Assembly (NCBI RefSeq): GCF_963921235.1
Contig: NC_086097.1
Location: 61,692,001 to 61,756,000, forward strand
Origin: Mobula hypostoma
Lineage: Eukaryota
DNA length: 64,000 nucleotides
Direction: 5' to 3'
Part shown: piece after piece, positions 10,778 through 21,970 of the stretch
Position numbering within the stretch: the stretch's first letter is position 1
How the letters are laid out: each line of letters starts with the position of its first letter
Made by a program: the position numbers and the translations under genes
Notes under the pieces: model-generated
What the model was told of the DNA's origin: nothing
Databases searched by the model: none
Seen by the model: the letters and a program-made list of their open reading frames with translations, nothing else

Positions 10778-12091
10778 ATGGATCGAGATAAGATTGTAAG
10801 TTGGTGTGAATTTGAGGTGGTACCGGTGAATCATGCATGTGTGGTAAGCGGGGCCGATTATCGCATTTCGGCAGAGGTACTGGTGCGAGGGTTGAGTTTG
10901 ATTAAAGGTATCGGGCAGGTAGAACTTATAGCTAGAAGGGGTGGGAAAGAACTGGAGTCCAGCTGGATGTTGGTGCGGACGAGTGCCGACGTCATGACTT
11001 TAGAACTACCAGCGACAGTCCACGTCCAGGGGGAGGCAGGGCTGTGGGGTCTCCACACCCTCCCGGAGGACGCAAGTGAGGAGGTGCCGGAGGAGGAGCT
11101 AGATGAGGCCCCAGGGGAGGTGCCGGTAGCCAGGGGTGGAGGTGTGGAGTGGGAAGGCTTGGCCAGGCCCCGTCCCTCAGTTAGGGCTGAGACCTCCGAG
11201 TTAGCGGCTGCCATTACCTCCCTGGCGAGAAGGGTTGAGGGGCCCCGTCCGAAGCTGAGAATTTTCTCGGGAGCCAGGCCCACCCCGGGAGGGGAGGATG
11301 AATATGAGACCTGGGTTGAGGATACATCCCAGTTGTTAGAGGTGTGGCCAGTTTCGGATGAGGAAAAGAGACAGCGATTGGTGGAAAGCTTAAGGGGCGG
11401 GGCAGCCCGTGTGGTCCGCGATTTGAGAGCGAAACGCCCTTCGGCTTCCCTGTCAGAGTGTTTGGACGCTTTGGAGGAAGTGTTTGGACTGTCAGGAGAT
11501 CCCTGGCGGCATTTAGCGGAGTTTCAACAAATGGGGCAGAGAAGAGGGGAAAAGCTCTCAGAATACGTTTTCCAGCTGGAAGGGAAGCTTACGGGGTTGC
11601 TGCGACGAGGGGTAGTGAGGGAGGACGAAGTGGCGGAGTTAAGGATGAGCCAGATATGTAGAGGTTCCCGGGAGGATGACAGGGTGGCTTGGAGTATCCG
11701 GCAGTCATTTAAGTGGAGCCCCCCTCCATCATTCGGACAGCTGATCCGAGAGGTACAGGCCGAGGAGAGTGCTTTGGGCCGACCAGGGGGCTCGGACCCT
11801 CAGGGACGGTCTTCAGCGGTTCAGGAGGTGGTAGCCGGGGTGAGATCAGAGAAATCCAAGAGGTCCCCGGGGGGCCGTATCGGGAGGAGAGAGGCGGTGG
11901 GTAGCGGGTGCTATAACTGTGTGAGAGAGGGGCATTTCCGCCGGGAATGTGAGTGGCCGGGGGTGTGTTACAGCTGTGGGGAAGCGGGTCACTTGCGGAG
12001 GGATTGTGAGAGACGAGATGCTCCGAGGGGGGAGGGCCCCCGGGCCACTAAGAAGGGAGAGGTGTCGGGAAACTTAGGAGAGGCTCAGTGA
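10778..12091 (+). CDS. Gag protein, PNMA/MOAP1-like capsid plus two CCHC zinc knuckles (437 aa, uninterrupted)
   Basis: KLRIFSGARPTPGGEDEYETWVE...VSDEEKRQRLVESLRGGA resembles the PNMA capsid signature. Knuckles CYNCVREGHFRREC and CYSCGEAGHLRRDC. First ATG at 10778. Confidence 0.9.
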   Translation: MDRDKIVSWCEFEVVPVNHACVVSGADYRISAEVLVRGLSLIKGIGQVELIARRGGKELESSWMLVRTSADVMTLELPATVHVQGEAGLWGLHTLPEDASEEVPEEELDEAPGEVPVARGGGVEWEGLARPRPSVRAETSELAAAITSLARRVEGPRPKLRIFSGARPTPGGEDEYETWVEDTSQLLEVWPVSDEEKRQRLVESLRGGAARVVRDLRAKRPSASLSECLDALEEVFGLSGDPWRHLAEFQQMGQRRGEKLSEYVFQLEGKLTGLLRRGVVREDEVAELRMSQICRGSREDDRVAWSIRQSFKWSPPPSFGQLIREVQAEESALGRPGGSDPQGRSSAVQEVVAGVRSEKSKRSPGGRIGRREAVGSGCYNCVREGHFRRECEWPGVCYSCGEAGHLRRDCERRDAPRGEGPRATKKGEVSGNLGEAQ

Positions 12092-12127
12092 GGGAACGGA
12101 CTGGAGTCTCGGGAGGAACACGTTCCC
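12067..12127 (+). promoter_or_regulatory. -1 programmed ribosomal frameshift signal (G GGA AAC plus H-type pseudoknot)
   Basis: Slippery heptamer 12067-12073 in the correct gag phase, 6-nt spacer, stem 1 12080-12089 with 12100-12110, stem 2 GGGAACG 12092-12098 with CGTTCCC 12121-12127. Pol is in the -1 frame. Confidence 0.85.
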
Positions 12128-15100
12128 AGAAACCCACTATGGAACCCCAGAAAGAACAAGCCCAAATTCCGGATGGACTGGTGGGACCCTGTTCCAGCGT
12201 GTCCCTACGGATACAGGGAATCTTTGCGAAAGCCTTCCTTGACACCGGGTTGCAGGTTACCTTACTGTACCGGTCGTTCTACAACAAATATCTGAAGCAT
12301 TTGGCAGTAACTCCGTTTAACGCATTGGAGATTTGGGGCATAAGTGATGGTGATTACCCGTACGATGGATACTTGTCAGTGAGATTGGAATTTTCGGAGG
12401 GAGATGTGGGAGTATCGGAAGCCTTTGAGACGCTGGTGTTGGTCTGTCCGGACCCGGTGGAAACCGTTGGTGCTGCCCTGCTAGTGGGGACTAACTCCCC
12501 TCTGGTGCGACGGCTCTTGGGAGCCTGTAAGAAGGCGGCGGGGGAGAACTTTCTGGAGACCCTCTCGGTACACCCCGTGTTCTGAGCGGTGTACGAAGGA
12601 GTGAGTGACCCCCCGGGGCTGGATCCTGAGTGCAAACGAGGGACGGTGTGGTGCACTCAGGCCAGGCCTAAGGTGATACGGCCAGGGGAGGCGGCATTAG
12701 TGATGGGGACCCCCAGATTCCCCGGATTACCGCCAGGCGAGGCCCTGCTAGTAGACGCCCCCGACGACCTGGAAAGGGAGTCCCGGTTCCCGGCTGGGGC
12801 GCTAGTGAGACCTGAATTGCAGAGGCCCTCAGCTGTACAGGCACGGCGGATGGGGGTGATGGTAAGGAACATAACGGAGAGGGAGATCACCTTTAAGCAC
12901 GGGATGCCCCTCGTGCACTTGTTCCCGGTGACGGTGATGTCCAGCACCCCCGTGAAGCCCACTGGAGGAAAACTATTGGAGAACGGGGGGCAGCTGACCA
13001 AGGAGGCCTTTAGTTTTGAAGACTCCTCTGTACCGCCGGAGTATAAGAGCAGGCTGGTGGAGAAGATGCTGAAGTTAGGGGGTGTCTTTTCTCAGGGCGA
13101 GTTTGATGTGGGATGTTCCAAGAGCACTCGGCACACTATCCAAGTGACAAATGACACCACGTTTAGAGAGAGGTCGCGGCGGTTGGCCCCAGCAGATCTG
13201 GAAGATGTGCGGCAGTTGAAAGACGCAGGGATTATTGTGGAGTCCCGAAGCCCCTATGCGTCCCCCATAGTGGTGGCAAGGAAGAAAAATGGGAAGGTAC
13301 GCATGTGCGTGGACTACAGGACCCTGAACCGGCGCACTGTTCCCGACCAATATACGGTCCCGAGGGTGGAAGATGCCTTGGCCTGTCTGAGTGGTGCACA
13401 GTGGTTCAGTGTATTGGATTTGCGGAGTGGGTATTACTAGATTCCGATGAGTGAGACCGGTAAAGAGAAGACGGCCTTTATCTGCCCCCTGGGTTTTTTC
13501 CAGTTCGAACGAATGCCCCAAGGCATCTCGGGGGCCCCAGCCACCTTCCAGCGGCTCATGGAGCGGACAGTGGGGGACATGAACCTGCTGGAGGTATTGG
13601 TGTACCTGGACGACATGATAGTGTTTGGATCTACGTTGGAGGAACATGAGGAGCGGCTGCTGAAGGTGTTGAGTTGGCTGAAGGAGGAAGGGTTAAAACT
13701 TTCCCTGGATAAATGTCAGTTCTGTAAGACGTCGGTCAGTTCTGTAAGACGTCGGTCAGTTATGTTGGGCACATAATCTTGCGAAATGGAGTGGCCACCG
13801 ATCCGGATAAGATAGCCACAGTCACCACCTGGCCGAGACCTCAGAAGGTGAGCGCCTTACGCTCGTTTTTGGGGTTTTGCGGATATTACCGGCGGTTCGT
13901 GAAAGGATATGCGAAAATGAGTCATCCATTGAACCAGCTGCTGTGTGGCTATCCACCTGTGGGGAGGAGGAGGAAGGGAGACCGAGGGTCGGAGGTAGGA
14001 GGATACCTGAACCCAGGGGAGCCTTTTGGATTGAGGTGGGATGCTCAATGTGAGGGGGCGTTCCAATCTCTGAAAAGGGCGCTGACGCAGGCCCCAGTGT
14101 TGGCATTTGCTGATCCCCGGAAGCCGTATGTTCTACACACTGATGCCAGTCACGAGGGTCTGGGGGCTGTCCTGTACCAGGAACAGGGCAACGGATTGAG
14201 GCTGGTGGCGTTTGTCAGTCGGAGTTTGTCGCCATCTGAGAGAAACTATCCCACTCACAAGCTGGAATTCTTGGCATTGAAATGGGTGGTAGTGGACAAG
14301 TTGAGTGACTACCTATATGGGGCCCAGTTTGAGGTGAGAACTGATAACAACCCCCTCACTTATATCCTGACCTCAGCTATGTTGGATGCTACTGGGCACC
14401 GGTGGTTAGCAGCCTTGTCTGCCTATGAGTTCAGCCTGAGGTACCGCCCGGGGAGTCAGAACAGATGCCCTGTCTTGTCGGGCGCACGACGAGTCGGGCA
14501 CGGCCGAGGAGTGGAAGAGTGTCCCTGCTCAGGGAGTAAAGGCCATGTGTCAAGTTGGGAGCGACGGGGAAGTAGGAGCACAGACGGGAACGGATCGGGC
14601 AGTAGATCAATTGGGGGCTGACGATGACGCGCTACCCACTGTTTACTGTAATGTGACTGCTCTGAGGAACAGGCAGCTGCCGGAGTTGAGCCCCCAGGAA
14701 GTGGGGGCGGCTCAGCGTGATGACCCGAGCATTGGCACTATCTGGTACGCTGTTAGCCAGGGTGATATGGGGCAGGTGGAGAAGGCGAAACACGCCTCCG
14801 TTCCCCTACGACTGAAGGAGTGGCCCTGGTTGAAGCTGAAGAACCACGTCCTGTACCGAGTCACGTCGCCTCCGGACCACCCCCGGCGCTGGCAGCTGGT
14901 CATGCCTGAGAAGTATCGGAAGACTGTGCTCCAGGCTCTACATGATGATTCCGGGCACTTTGGGGTAGAGAAGACCTATGGATTAGTCAAGGACCGGTTT
15001 TACTGGCCCCGGATGAGAGGGGAGGTGGAAGAATACTGTAAGACCTGTAGCCATTGTGTCAGGAGGAAGACCTTGTCTGCGTAGGCGGCCCCGTTATCCC

Positions 15101-16596
15101 ACTTGCAGAGTGCGGGACCCATGGACCTGGTGTGTATGGATTTCCTGTCTATTGAGCCAGACACCAGCAACACTGCGAATGTCTTGGTCCTCACGGATCA
15201 CTACACTAGATATGCGCAGGCTTTTCCTACTAAAGATCAGAAAGCAACTACAGTGGCGAAGGTGTTATGGGAGAAGTACTTTGTTCATTATGGCCTTCCC
15301 CGGCGGATCCATAGTGATCAGGGACGGGACTTCGAGAGCAGGCTTATACATGAATTGCTGGATATGCTTGGGGTTGAGAAATCCAGAACCACCCCCTATC
15401 ACCCGCAGGGTGATCCTCAGCCCGAGAGATTTAACCGGACCCTGCTGGACATGCTCGGCACCTTGGAGATTGGACAGAAGAGTAAGTGGAGTCGGCACAT
15501 CGCCCATTTGGTTCATTGTTACAATTGTACTCGCAATGATGCTACAGGGTACTCGCCCTACTATCGGATGTTCGGACGGGAAGCGAGGTTGCCCATTGAT
15601 CTGTGTTTTGGGACTGAAGCGGGGGAAATACCTTGGAAGCCATGTCTGAAGTACATGTCCGATATGAGGAGAGAGTTGAAAAGGGCGTACGAGTTGGCTG
15701 AGGCGGCAGCCACCAAGCAGAACCAGCGGAATAAAAGGAGGTATGATCAGAAGGTAAAGTTCGTCCAGCTATTGCCGGGAGACCGAGTCCTTATCCGGAA
15801 TTTAGGACTACCTGGTAAGCACAAGTTGGCGGACCGTTGGGCAGCCACCCCCTATGTGGTGGAGAGTCAGATGCCGAATCTCCCGGTTTACCGGGTGAGA
15901 CCCGAGGACAGGAAGGGGCCTGTCAAGGTACTCCATTAGAACCACCTGTTGCCTCTGGGTCGAGAGGTGAAGGTAGACCCAGAGCCCGAATGGGAGTTTA
16001 CGCCTAGTACGAGGACTCTGCGAGGGTGCGGGGCGAGGGAAGAGACCGCTGCAAAGAAGACGGGGCCGGTCCCCACCTGGAGAAGGGATACGTCATCGGA
16101 AGATGATGATTCAGACGTGTGGTACCTGTTTCCGTTCGCTGATTCCCCGGTGCCGGGAGAAGAGACTCTTGGCCCTTCCCTCACTGAGTCAGGGGAACCG
16201 AGGGAGGGTGTTGCAGAGCCGCCTGTATTACAGCTGGGATTGGGGGAGGGTGTTGCAGAGCCACCTGTATTACAGCCGGAATTGGGGGAGGAGAGGGTGG
16301 AGGCAGAACCTGAGCCGGAGGGCTCACAGGGGCAGAGGGAGCCCGGTGAAGGGGAAGGTCCGACAGATAGGCCCGAGGGGTCAGCTGGGGTGTCTGAACA
16401 GGGAGAGTCAGCAGAGGAAGTACAGAGGCCTCAGAGGAGTAGGCATCCCCCGGAAAGACTAACTTATACAGCGCCGGGAGAGCAGGGTGTGATCTCTACT
16501 GCCCTGCAAAGTTATGTCACTGCTTTATGCACCTGGGTTGGGTTTTGTGTTTTACAAGGAGCACTGGTGAACTCTGTTATCGTCATGAGGGCATGA
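12070..16596 (+). pseudogene. pol (PR-RT-RH-IN) of Gypsy element 2, with 4 stops and 2 frameshifts
   Basis: FLDTG protease; RT CVDYR/LDLRSGYY/YLDD; RNase H TDAS/KLEFLAL/TDNNPL; integrase HDDSGH..CSHC, CMDF, HSDQG, QPERFN. Stops at 12583, 13438, 15082 and 15937. Frameshifts from a 20-bp tandem duplication (13721-13760) and a deletion near 14462. Confidence 0.93.
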
Positions 16597-16604
16597 CTTT
16601 TATT

Positions 16605-16617
16605 GGTGGGGGGAGAG
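16605..16617 (+). promoter_or_regulatory. Polypurine tract
   Basis: ggtggggggagag immediately before the 3' LTR. Confidence 0.85.
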
Positions 16618-17225
16618 TGTACGGAGTCTTTCTTTTGTTACATTTAAAATGGCGACTTTGTTATGTTAATCTGGGGAATGCGGCTTTGTTGTGCTTTAAC
16701 GCTGAAGAGAGTTTGCGCTAACAGTTGTTTTACTTTAAAATGAGATAACAGGGTTCTATTAGCCAATGGGTGGTTATGTATCGTTTTGTTTTCGGATACC
16801 ATGCTGTATGATATGACTGTGGACTGAGTTTTGGCGGGGAGCTGGAGGAGAGACGAGGAAGACCGCGGACGTGTGGAGAGGCTCCGGTTGATCACTCAGG
16901 GTGGTCCTGAGCTGTGAGTTGACGGAATTCGGGTGGTCGTCTGAAGTCGAATTGAGCTCCAACGTAGCGCGCAAAGAACTTGGACTTTGATAAGTGTTGG
17001 CGCCTTTTTTTTTCCATTACTGTCCTCTCTGTATCAAATGTATATTAATGTCATAGAATTAGTAATATCTATAAAGTGTATTTGTTAAAATTTATTGGGT
17101 GTGCTGGCTGATGATTGATGTTTGTGATTGATTCGGGTGGCAACCGACCCTGTGGGGAGTGTTGAGGCGGGTGCTGGGCTGGATTTCCCCTAGACATACA
17201 CGAGCCAATATAATTGAACGTTACA
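16618..17225 (+). repeat. 3' LTR of Gypsy element 2 (608 bp)
   Basis: Direct repeat of 10099-10705, followed by the TSD TATG. Confidence 0.97.
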
Positions 17226-17544
17226 TATGTAAACTTTAGAGACTGTTGTGCAGGAAAATCTGAGGAGATCAATATTTAGTGAGATACTCAGACCACCCTG
17301 TCTGGCACCAATAATCATCCCGTAATCAAAATCACTTAGACACATATCTTCCCCATTCTGAAGTTTGGTCTGAATTCCAACTGAACCTCTTGACCGTGTC
17401 TGCATGCTTTTATGCATTGAGTTGCAATGAGATGATTGGCTGATTAGATATTTGCTTTAATGAGCAGGTGCACAAGCGTACCTAATAAAGTAGCCAGATT
17501 CAGGAGAAAGAAGGGAGGAAAAGACATGAGTGAAAACAAGAACA

Positions 17545-18055
17545 GTTATACACAATATTGGTGAGGGCACATTTGGCATACTGCACAGTTTTGTTCTCCT
17601 TACCTGATGAGAGGATTGTTCTGCCAAGAGTGGTGAAACACTTGGTGCCTGTATCCTTTGGAGTTTAGAAGAAAGAGGCTGGACCTTACTCTAACACATA
17701 AGGGCCTATGGGGGGGCTTGACAAGGTAGATATTGAGACTAGTGTGAGAGTTATAGATAAGCAGATACAGATGAAAAATAAGGGCCCGATCATTTAAAAT
17801 GGAGGTACAAGGAAATTTCTTCTCTCTGAAGGCAGTGAATCCCTGAAATACTCTGCCTACAAGAGTAATAGAGACCAGATCATTAGATAGAGATCTAAGG
17901 TGGTGATGGATAAATATTTGAAAGATTCAGAAATTGAGAGTAGCAGAACTGGTTCCAAAGAGGAACTGAGGCCAGCATAGATCAGCCATGGTCATTTTAA
18001 ATGGTGGGGCTGACTTGAGGGACCTAGTGATTCCTCTGCTCCTATTTTCTTGCAA
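17545..18055 (+). mobile_element. Old CR1 LINE 3' fragment
   Basis: Degenerate YTILVRAHLAYCT..SPY and gagtttagaagaa motifs, plus a CR1-type 3' UTR (gatcagccatgg...ctgctcctatttt). Confidence 0.7.
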
Positions 18056-20969
18056 TCTTTTTTTGTTGTGTTCTAAAGGTTGCCTGGGGAAATGGTATCA
18101 AGAATTATCTGAATAGTGGATGGGCTTATGCTTTATCAGACTTTTGGGAAAGTTGACTGCTTTAACGCTTATGTAATTATATTTTCTATAAATCTTAATG
18201 TTTGAATTGATGGCAATGTAATAACTCGAAGCTCAGATTATATGCTTCACCACAGTGAAATACTCCCAATCAGAGCCATGTCTCTAGAGATTTTGGGTGA
18301 AATCTGCAATGATAATTAGTGAAATCATTGGTAGACAATTTTCCCACCGAACAGTTCTCATCAATAAACCCGGTATACCATATGCTGTGCAAAACACTGA
18401 AGCATCAGGAATATGCAATAGACTTGGTTATTAAATGGTCACATATGCCAGCAACCATTCCATTTTACACATCCATTCACTCCAGTGATGTTTTTTGTTT
18501 GATGTGATTCACTGGTTATGCAGATTGTTGATTGGTATGTCATTAAATAAATCACATATGATTTATTCACTGTTTTTAAACTGTGGTTTCTTGAGATTTA
18601 AATTTTCTGAGGCTTGTGAAGCATTGCTATTTAATAACTGGTCCTAAATATTATAGAAATATATACATTAAAATGAGAAGATTAAGAAGGACAGAATTAG
18701 AAACTGCATCCCTACTCAGCAGCTGGGCCTCGAGCAACACTATTAAAATTTCCTGATATTCCTCTGCTACCTAAACTTGCAAATGAATCACACAGCCAGC
18801 ATTCAAACCATCTTAGAAAAAAAATTAACAACCTATTTGTACTTTCATTTTAATCTATACTAATAAGACTTTACAAAGTTTTCATGTAGAAAGGATGGAG
18901 AGATAATGTATCACCATTGTATTCATAATGGTTTTAGTATTTTAAAAAATCCACTTATGAATCAAAATAGTTGAATGCTTTATGTTAAATTAAGCCTGTG
19001 AAATAATTACATGGATATCTGTAAACTATCAAATATGGCATTTATCTTATTCACCGCATGGTGTTGTCACTTAAATTGTGTTACTTGGCTTGTGGAGATT
19101 TCATTTAATTTCAGTGCCTGGCTATCAGACAACTGGTACAAATATTAACAGCAACAGCTTGGAACTACCTAATACTCTATTTTTGAAGAGGCTCAATCTT
19201 TTGGTATTCCAGTCATCGCTGCGCCACATTTCTGTGCCAGTGCTGCCAGGTACAGGCACAATTCATTCACAAGTCCAAACAGACTCATTGAGAAATTGAT
19301 GGGTGAAAATCTCCTCTCACTCTTAGCCATGCTTTTTTTTTTGGACAATACAATGTTCCCTATAATTAAAATAAAAATTAAGGTCACATATATAATAAAT
19401 GCTCTAGTAGACTAGGGAACCTTGTACTTGCTAAAATATTAAGCTGCATCTCATACTCAATCATACTGGTTCGCTTTTTCAGCATGTAAAACACTGGAGC
19501 ATTCACTGCGAGGCAATTAAAATGATTTATAGATGTATCACCTGGTTCATTGTCTTATACTAATCACCATGATTTTGAACTAAATTGAAAAATTAAGAAT
19601 TTAAGCAAAATAAATATAATTTTAGAAGAAGATTTGGATCATGATTTATTTTGATGGCAGAAATATTTTACGTTTCACCTCTCTTCACCTCATTAAATGA
19701 TGTAGATGGGTTGATTTATCATGCTGAAAGCTTTTCATGTAGGTTACCATGATTTTTCAAATAACTCACTTCATATTTTAATAGAATGTGTTCTTAGTTC
19801 TCAGTAGAAAGTCATTGAAAGTTTTCAATGGAAAACATACGTAAATGATGAAACTCCACTCATGGAATGAAACTATATCACTATTATTAATGCTATACAT
19901 TGTTACGACTTGAACTGCAGTAATTCCCAGCTAATAATGAAATTACTACTCCCCCATCATGGGTCTGATATCACAATAGTCTAGGTGGAGTAGAGGCACT
20001 TTGTAACAGCAGGAGTGAAGATAAGGCCACAATGCTAATGGTCCTACTCTTTCAAAAAAAATTGCCAATCTGAAAAAGACTATATTAATGGTTATTTTGC
20101 AATAACATTTACTCCTTGAAAGAAATTGTAATCAATTACTACCAAATAAAAGTTTGCACTTATCATAGCCAACTTGTTTCTAAGTAATGGCCTTGAATGA
20201 TTGTTAGTCGGTTAATCAATATTATAATTATGTTGTTTTATAGATTATTCATTGCAGAGCTCATCAATATTTGTGTTATTATTTTATAAGTCACTATTTC
20301 TGCCTCTGCCATGCTAGCCTACATTCCTGATTGTCCTATTTGTTTCCTATTTTATGTAATACCAATGAAGTAACATCCAAACTCCAGTTTAAAAAGTGCA
20401 TGTAGTGTTCTCCACAACATAATCTCAAATGAAAGACATAAATGAAATCAGTCTACCTCCGGGTCAAGAACATTCACTGCCACTAGGTCCTACTTCTGCT
20501 TTTCTTTCACCAGTACCTCACATCCACCTCTTGTCTCTCAGGCTTCTTTTGACCCCTCATTCCCCTTCATTCCTTTAACCCCCCCCCCCCAGCTTCCTCC
20601 CACCCAATTCCCCTAAACACCCAGCCTCCTCCCTTATCTGACCCTCCACTCTATACAGTACCTGGATACCAACCCTACCATGTCTTCACCATCCTTTCAT
20701 CCTTCCTCTCTCTGAGGTGGAACATTCTGTCCTCAGCAAAGGCCTTACATTTTCTCGCTGCATCCATATCCAGTCAGTTCCATGGCCACCATGATGTTGA
20801 ACTCTTTTTCCATTGCCTCTGTCTCCAGGCATACTTCTTTGACAAGGATTCCTCACCCCTCCACTCTCTCCAATTAATTGTCCTTTCCACTGGATTCAAT
20901 CTCTCTCCTCTTTTTGGACACATAACTCAGGCCTTCTGGCTGCTCTGAATAGCCTCATCTCTAACTGCC

Positions 20970-21845
20970 AATCAGAATCAGAATCAGGTTTATTATCACT
21001 GGCATATGTTGTGAAATTTATTAACTTAGCAGCAGCAGTACAATGCAATGCATAATATAGAAGAAACATAAATAAATCAATTACAGTACATCTATATTGG
21101 AGATTAAAAATCATGCAAAAAGCAGAAATAATATATATTGAAAATGTGAAGTACTGTTCACAGGTTCAATGTCCATTTAGGAATCAGATGCCAGAGGGGA
21201 AGAAACTGTTCCTGAATCTCTAAGTTTGTGCCTTTAGGCTTCTGTACCTCCTACCTGATGCTAACAGTGAGAAAAGGGCACGGCTAGGTGCTGGGGGTCC
21301 TTAATAATAGACACTGCCTTTCTGAGACACCGCTCCTTGAAGATGTCCTGGGCAGTTTGTAGGCTAAAGCCCAAGATGGAGCCGACCAAATTTACGAAAC
21401 TCTGCAGCTTCTTTCAGTCATGTGCAGTAGCCAACACGTCCCCCCATACCCGACAGTGAGGCAGTTTGTCAGAATGCTCTCCACGCCAAATCTCTTCAAA
21501 CTCCTAATGAAGTACAGTCACTGTCTTGCCTTCTTTATTGCTGCATTGATATGTTGGGACCAGATTAGATTCTCAGAGATCTTGACACCCAGGAACTTGA
21601 AACTGCTCACTCTCTCCACTTCTGATCCTTCTATCAGGATTTTTATGTGTTCCTTCATCTTGCCCTTCCTGAAGTCCACAATCAGCTCTTTTTGAAGGGG
21701 AGGTTTTGCATTGCAATTCAGAGAAAATATAACAGCACTGCTCTGGCAGGATAGATTAGTAGACTCAGCTTTCTGATGTTGTGTGCAAGGTTGTTGCTGT
21801 GACACCACTCCATTAGTTGATATATCTCACTCCTGTGTGCCCTCT
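20970..21845 (-). mobile_element. Rex1/Babar LINE 3' part
   Basis: KELIVDFRKGK...EVERVSSFKFLGVKISENLIWSQHINAAIKKARQ (ORF 21518..21808) and a (TCTGAT)n tail at 20970-20987. Confidence 0.85.
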
Positions 21846-21970
21846 CATCTTTTCAACTTCAGCAGACCTTTCTCCTATTCTAACAACATTCCTCTGAGCA
21901 CACTGTCCTCCATTCTCTCTGCGCTATTCCAGTTCAAAGTAAATGTGTTATCAAAGTGCATATATGCCAA

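Larger units (their letters stand above)
10099..17225 (+). mobile_element. Full-length Ty3/Gypsy LTR retrotransposon with PNMA-like gag
   Basis: LTRs 10099-10705 and 16618-17225 (TGTA..TACA; 18 substitutions plus 1 indel counted, about 3%), 4-bp TSD TATG (10095-10098 and 17226-17229), PBS, PPT, gag and pol. Confidence 0.97.
9866..17496 (-). mobile_element. Non-autonomous Tc1/mariner element split by Gypsy element 2 (parts 9866-10098 and 17226-17496)
   Basis: Minus-strand translation gives the Tc1 transposase N-terminus LSDFDYGMIIGARQGGLSIS...LLRFSCTTVSKVY (about 17225-17350), continuing after the TSD as MARVVQAVRK...ISECTACQTLKWMDYSSRRP (about 9920-10024). Degenerate TIR-like ends tacactcagt...ttaggta and tacctaataaagtagcca. 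Confidence 0.8.

Noticed and set aside
15949..16596. 215-aa ORF before the 3' LTR as a possible env or accessory gene
   Set aside because: It is in frame with integrase and separated only by a premature TAG (15937-15939). It is an acidic, low-complexity integrase tail with no signal peptide or furin site.
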